Source: Paragordius varius
Taxonomy: Eukaryota > Animalia > Nematomorpha
Direction of reading: 5' to 3'
Length of the DNA: 64,000 bases
Assembly: GCA_964247055.1 (NCBI GenBank)
Contig: OZ176052.1
Location: 2,046,001-2,110,000, forward strand
Part shown: piece after piece, positions 58,901-64,000 of the stretch
Layout of the letters: the number at the start of each line of letters is the position of its first letter
How positions within the stretch are numbered: position 1 is the stretch's first letter
Translations under genes and position numbers: made by a program
Notes under the pieces: model-generated
The model's input: only the letters and a program-made list of their open reading frames with translations
Told to the model about the DNA's origin: nothing
Databases searched by the model: none

Positions 58901-61900
58901 CGTATCCAACGAAAGAATATCTAAGGCAGGTAGAGAGTAAATACAGTTAGTGAAAAAGATTATAAGGTTGACAAAACCCTAAATTATCTAAGGCTAATAA
59001 TATTTTTTACAAAAAAAACAAAAATTTTTGACCCTTATTTTAATTTTTTTAACCTGATTGGTTACAAATGTAAAATGTATAAATTGAATATGTTACCAAA
59101 ACATCTCTATTTTCTATTTTTCAAAGTCGTGGATTATATTAAAAAAGTAAGGTTAAATGAGTATGGCTGTCTTTTTACAAAGCTTTTTGTCTTGTAGTTT
59201 TTGCGTTTTGTCTTTACGATTAAAAAGTTTTTACTGTAAGTAGCCATAAAATATTTGGATAAAACCACTAATTTATAATATTTTATGATAATAATCTCTT
59301 TTTTAAGCCGAATTAACCTCACTTTTTAAGCAATAGTTAATTCGTTTTTAAAAAACTGTTACATATAACTTCCAAATATCAATTCATTGCAAACATTGAA
59401 TAATTAAGAAAAAAGAACATAAAAAATACCATTGGGTGGAGCTGAGCAAGGCGATTTGAGTGTAAATTGATGGATTTCTGTAACGTGATTTTCCGTTTCC
59501 CGGCGACTAGAATGCTTGAAATCACAAAATTTGCATTTATAAACCAGGAGAGGATTGTGGAAGTAAGACGAGGTTTGAGCAGCCAAGATTGAACTCAAAT
59601 TCGTAAAGTTGTTGGCCATTAGAGATTTTTCTATTTTTTGTTAGGAAAAAACATTTATTTTACAGATTCGACGATATATCTATATATTAGCCCTTTTTAT
59701 AAAGAGCAGCAACTTTTAGATCCTTTTTTTTGAGTATCTAATTTATATAATAGGGTTATACATGGGAGTTAGGAGAATTCGATTAAAAAATAAATATTTA
59801 AAAACGGTGTTTTCTCACCCATATAGTAAGTTGCAAAATCTTACAACTAACAAACTTTATCGTACTTTTAAGAATAATTAAAGAATAAACAACATACCAT
59901 CAAGATAGCTTTTGCTGGCATCATTATGTGTGAGCTTGCCTTTGCCACTCGAGGTGGATAAGTAGGGTATTCCGTGTCCATTTAGGGCTTTATTTTTACG
60001 GACCTTTCCACCATCTGGCGTGGATGTATGTTTAACATCAGTAGAGTTTGTAGTAGAAGAACTCCTATGGGCCGTTTCTGTCGACTCAAAGAAATTGTTA
60101 TTACTGGCATTATTTTCCATTTCTTGTTCGTCCTGATTTTGTTGTTGTTGATGTTGTTTAGCTCGTTGGTTTTGAAAGTAAGCGGCAAAACTGTTTAGGA
60201 AGGAGGCTGTGGCATCGGGTGAAGGATTATACCCATAACTATTACTGTTTGTGTTGTAATAACAGGTTGTGTTTAACAACGGATCGCCATTCAAACCTAC
60301 CGTGGCACCGTGTTCATCTCGTTTCATGATTCGGATAGGAAGCTTGTTTAGCTCTTCAATTTCTTTCAGGGCCTGAGGTGATTTAACAATGTGGGGGCCT
60401 AGGCCACCACTATCCTTGAGACTAGCCGTCGGGGTGTTCATATTATTCAAGTGTTTAGCCTTAATGTGTTTACTAATGTCCCAAGACCAGTACGACCGTT
60501 TCCCACACTCTGAGCAATTGTACAGTTTTTCACTGGCATGTACGGCAATGTGAAGTTTAATCTTTGCGGCACAATTGGACACATAACTACAAACGGGGCA
60601 ACCGAAAACATTCTTACCTGAATAAAAGGTTAAAAAATTATGTGAAATGCAAAAATGATTGATTTTGAGTATTTAATAACAAAAACCTTTGCGTATACTA
60701 TTATAAGGAAATTGTATTAAAGAAATGTCTAAGTTATATTTTTTGTTTAAAATATTATTTAAATTATTCAAAAAAATGAGTTTTAAGGCTAAAATCGATA
60801 AAAGTAATTGTAATGATAAAAAAAATAAAAATACCGGCAGAAGAGGAGCCAGGTGTATTCGCACTAGAAGGTGAGCCAGTTTTACGGGATGATACATTAT
60901 TATTATTGCCAGTGTTGGATTTTTGCTGTGCCATAGATTCACCATATCTAACAAAGTAAATCACATTTTATGTAAAGTGAAATTGTACAAATGTATAAAA
61001 CTGCGAAAAGCTAATTATTCATTAAAATTTGGTTTTATCCTATATTTTGCATTAATTTACTTAGATTTTTTTTTATTATGCCATACTACACCATCAATCA
61101 GTTTTAAGATACAAAAATTATAATATATCATTTACAGTTCAAATTCAACCTTGAACAATTCAAATTCACCCTAAAAATAAATATGTGTTTTCGAACTAAT
61201 CTAACTCATTATTAATATGCAATATATCTTTATGGCATAGTTTATTATTTTTCAGTATTATTTTAATTTAAAACAAAATTTTTATTTTTAAAAATAAATA
61301 TAGGTAATTTTTAATCTTAAAAAACATATATTTTAAGTGAAGGTGAATTTGAATTGTTCGAGGGTGAATTATTGTTTAAGGGTGAATTTGAATTGTTTAA
61401 GGGTGAATTTGAATTGTTAAAGGGTAAATTTAAATTGTCAATGTATATATTGAAATTATGTAATCTGTTTAAAGTTATATTGAAAAAAGAGGTACTTATT
61501 AGGGGTAGAACTATTCCCATTTTCTCGATCAGTCAACAAATTGTTGGCCGCCTTATTTTGTTGTTGACTTTTATGCGATGATGCGGTTAGAGATTTGGAT
61601 AGACTACTACTATGTGTGGTATTATTACTGTTGGTATTTTCATTGTCTTTACCATTGAATATGCTGTTGAGGTAGGCTTCATACGTATTATTTGGGTCTG
61701 GGGATAGGGGTGATTTCCATTTTGTTGTGTTATAATTGTTATTTGATTTCCTAGAATTATTATTGCTTTTTTGGTGGTCTTCATTGCGAGTATTAGATTC
61801 CGTATTTAAACCAAAGTTATTTACTAAACCATTATTTTTATTCTGATCTTTATCACCAGTGTAACCGGTCAAAGAAGATTTAAGGTAATAATAGTAAAAG

Positions 61901-62377
61901 CTTGCGAGGGAATTTGCTTTATCATCATTTTCTAGTCGTGACAATAGATTGTCTTCATCTACAAAAAGTTTCAAATAGAAAATATGAAATATAATTGATG
62001 TGAAAAAAATGGACATAAAAAGTCCCTAAACAATATGATTTTTTAAATTTTTCATGATATTTATATTTTGAAAGCCTGTGCTATCCTAAATATTTTTTTT
62101 TGTTTTTAACTTTTAAATGAGAATTCATTACTGATAAGTTTTTGGGGTGATTCTCTTTTATACTCTGGTGTATTGACGTCGGCGGCGTTTTTAAACCTTT
62201 TAAAAATATTGTTTTTGGATTCATGATATTCATCCGTTTCGGTTTTTAGATTTGTTTCAGAATAATTTGCGTGACCGTCTGAACTACGTTTCAAACCCAT
62301 GAGTGTCAATTTAGACGTTGTGTTAATGGAAGATGAATTAACCAATACTGTGTCTCTGGGAAGTAGATTATCATTGT
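52939..62377 (-). CDS. Large C2H2 zinc-finger transcription factor (9 dispersed fingers, more than 1380 aa, Asn/Ser/Gln-rich linkers); 5' exon(s) unresolved
   Basis: Phase-consistent exons 62377-62132, 61958-61496, 60947-60835, 60617-59898, 59630-59430, 58920-58588, 58361-58044, 57562-57353, 56878-56795, 56655-55986, 55652-55481, 55016-54878, 53811-53752, 53664-53426, 53121-52939. Fingers: CPVC..H..H, CSEC, CKFC, CSIC, CPFC, CPYC, CPNC, CPKC, CHHC. The first listed exon starts in phase 1, so an upstream coding exon must exist. Confidence 0.9.
55035..55299. mobile_element. MITE family 4 copy
   Basis: TACAGTAAAATTTGAAATTATACAAACAAAACG ... CGTTTTGTCCGTATAAATTTAATTTTTACTGTA. Confidence 0.85.
57634..57716. 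repeat. Short inverted repeat (AAACGGTTCC/GGAACCGTTT)
   Basis: Direct reading. Confidence 0.5.
61126..61446. mobile_element. MITE family 1 copy (4-5 right-arm repeats)
   Basis: tatcatttacagttcaaattcaaccttgaacaattcaaattcaccc ... repeated gggtgaatttgaattgtttaa; shared core. Confidence 0.88.
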
Positions 62378-64000
62378 CTAAAAAATTATAAATTTCATTA
62401 TTTAGCGGTTATAAAATGTGTTTTTTTACATATATATTTTATGCTATGAACCTCTTTATGACCTAAGGAACATTTCAAAAAAAGAACGCTTATAAAGTAA
62501 TAAATAGCTTATTTCTGATATTAACGGACCTAGTTTTTTAATTATAATCAATGTGCCTAAAACTATTTATGAAATAAATTTCAGATATTGGGATAGAATA
62601 GTATATACATATTTTAAAACACTGAATTAATTGAAAATATTTCCAAAATATTAAATTTGATTCATGTCAAAAAAGATTTTGATATGCATATATATAGCCA
62701 TGTAATTTTTAATTGGAGTCATCATTATGAGGGGGTCGGATCTACTGTAAATATACGCCCCTTTTGGGTCGTGTATCATATGCATCGAAATTTATCAAAT
62801 TTTTTATTCCCGCCCTTTGTTAGGGTTACATTACACATACAACATACATGGGAAATATGGCCTTGTAACTAAATATTATAATGTTTGCGGTAAAATGGGT
62901 GTGTATGTATATGTTAATTATATATATTATGGCAGAACAAAATAAAAAATTAAGGTTTTTTTTGAAAAAAATATCTCATCAAAAAAAACGTAAAAACATA
63001 ATGAATGTTATACATATATATATGTTTGTTTGAGGAAACGTTAATTTTTACTAGATATTTTACCTTGTAAAGGTAACGCTACATACTTACATACTTACTT
63101 ATATCAAACAATTTATCTCCTTTTATTTTCATATAACGACAAGAATAACTTAGTTTCTTTAAATACACACACATACATATTTTTTCACATTTTTTTCAAA
63201 TTTTCAAACCGAATCAAGGCTAAATCGATTAGGCGCATTTTTAGTTATGCATGTATGTTAAAGAGAAAGCATAAAATTAATTACATTCGATTATTTTGAA
63301 TATTGGGGTTTTACGGGTAATACATGTGTTAGTTAGGATAAAACATAAAATATGGTTATATATATATTTATAAGGGTTAAAAGTTGTAGATCTTATAATT
63401 TTTATGATCTTAGAGCGATCAAAGTTAATTCTATAAAAATACATTATAACGTCCGGCATAAAACCAATATACTTCGGAAAAATCAAAACTTCAAACAAGT
63501 CAAGCCACACTAAAAGACATAGAGAGAGTCAAAAAAAATTTTCCAATGTATATACTATGAGTTGAATATAACCCGCCTACCCATTTCAACACGACCAATT
63601 TTTTATATATATATAATTTTATTTCAAAAAGCCAGCTATGTAGCTATACAACGCATATTATATAGGTTAAAGTGAATTCTCATTCCCTATTTATAAATAC
63701 CACAAGAGTAAAAATATTACATATAGTATTCTATTGTAATTATGATAAAATATATCATGATAATGGTTAAATATGGGTTAAGGCCATACCATACAAATAT
63801 ATCGCGCGCATAATAAGCATACGTGTTCCCAAAAAACTAGTTTCATACATACACATACTATTTCTCCTTCATATACACAGAATTTTTTATGTTTCTATGT
63901 GTTTTTATCTATTCATTCGTTTTTTTTTTGATAAAAACGGTGGTAGTAAAATAATTATAAATAAGTAAGCGAGCAACTTAGTTTAACTAAAAAATAATTG

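Noticed and set aside
61317-61581. ORFs with NNSNSPL / KGEFELF repeats
   Set aside because: Translations of MITE family 1 subterminal repeats
62657-62872. Plus-strand track ORF, and a minus-strand MIHDPKGAYIY candidate first exon for the zinc-finger gene
   Set aside because: The plus ORF has no recognisable features. The minus candidate has a phase-1 donor but no homology support, so the gene start is left unresolved.
1-64000. tRNA, rRNA, snRNA or snoRNA genes
   Set aside because: No cloverleaf, rRNA-like or convincing box C/D or H/ACA pattern was recognised by eye; a covariance-model scan (tRNAscan-SE, Infernal/Rfam) would be needed to exclude them

Overview
Very AT-rich (roughly a quarter GC by eye), intron-rich eukaryotic DNA, almost certainly from an invertebrate animal; the species cannot be determined from the sequence alone. 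By hand-splicing GT-AG exons in consistent phase I reconstruct five spliced genes and one intronless gene. (1) The 5' part of an ATP8A-type P4-ATPase lipid flippase (minus strand, runs off the window start). (2) Head-to-head with it, with start codons only about 90 bp apart, an intact S9-family peptidase. (3) A 429-aa intronless orphan ORF nested antisense inside an intron of that peptidase. (4) A complete 31-exon CD109/TEP-like thioester protein of about 1577 aa, tail-to-tail with the peptidase. (5) RBM25 (19 exons, about 828 aa). (6) A large multi-C2H2 zinc-finger gene (15 or more exons, 9 fingers, 5' end unresolved). Introns are filled with non-autonomous DNA elements: three TACCAT-ended families with ~21-bp subterminal repeats, a TACAGT-ended Tc1-like MITE family, hAT-like relics and palindromes, plus decayed RTE-type non-LTR fragments. 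The most unusual observations are a cluster of 25-32 nt introns around the shared promoter, a candidate 99-aa exoplasmic cassette exon in the flippase, the nested orphan with a split Zn-binding motif, NPF motifs and an AAG-punctuated poly-Lys tail, and a TEP with Leu at the catalytic-His position and no GPI tail. I recognised no rRNA, tRNA or CRISPR array.
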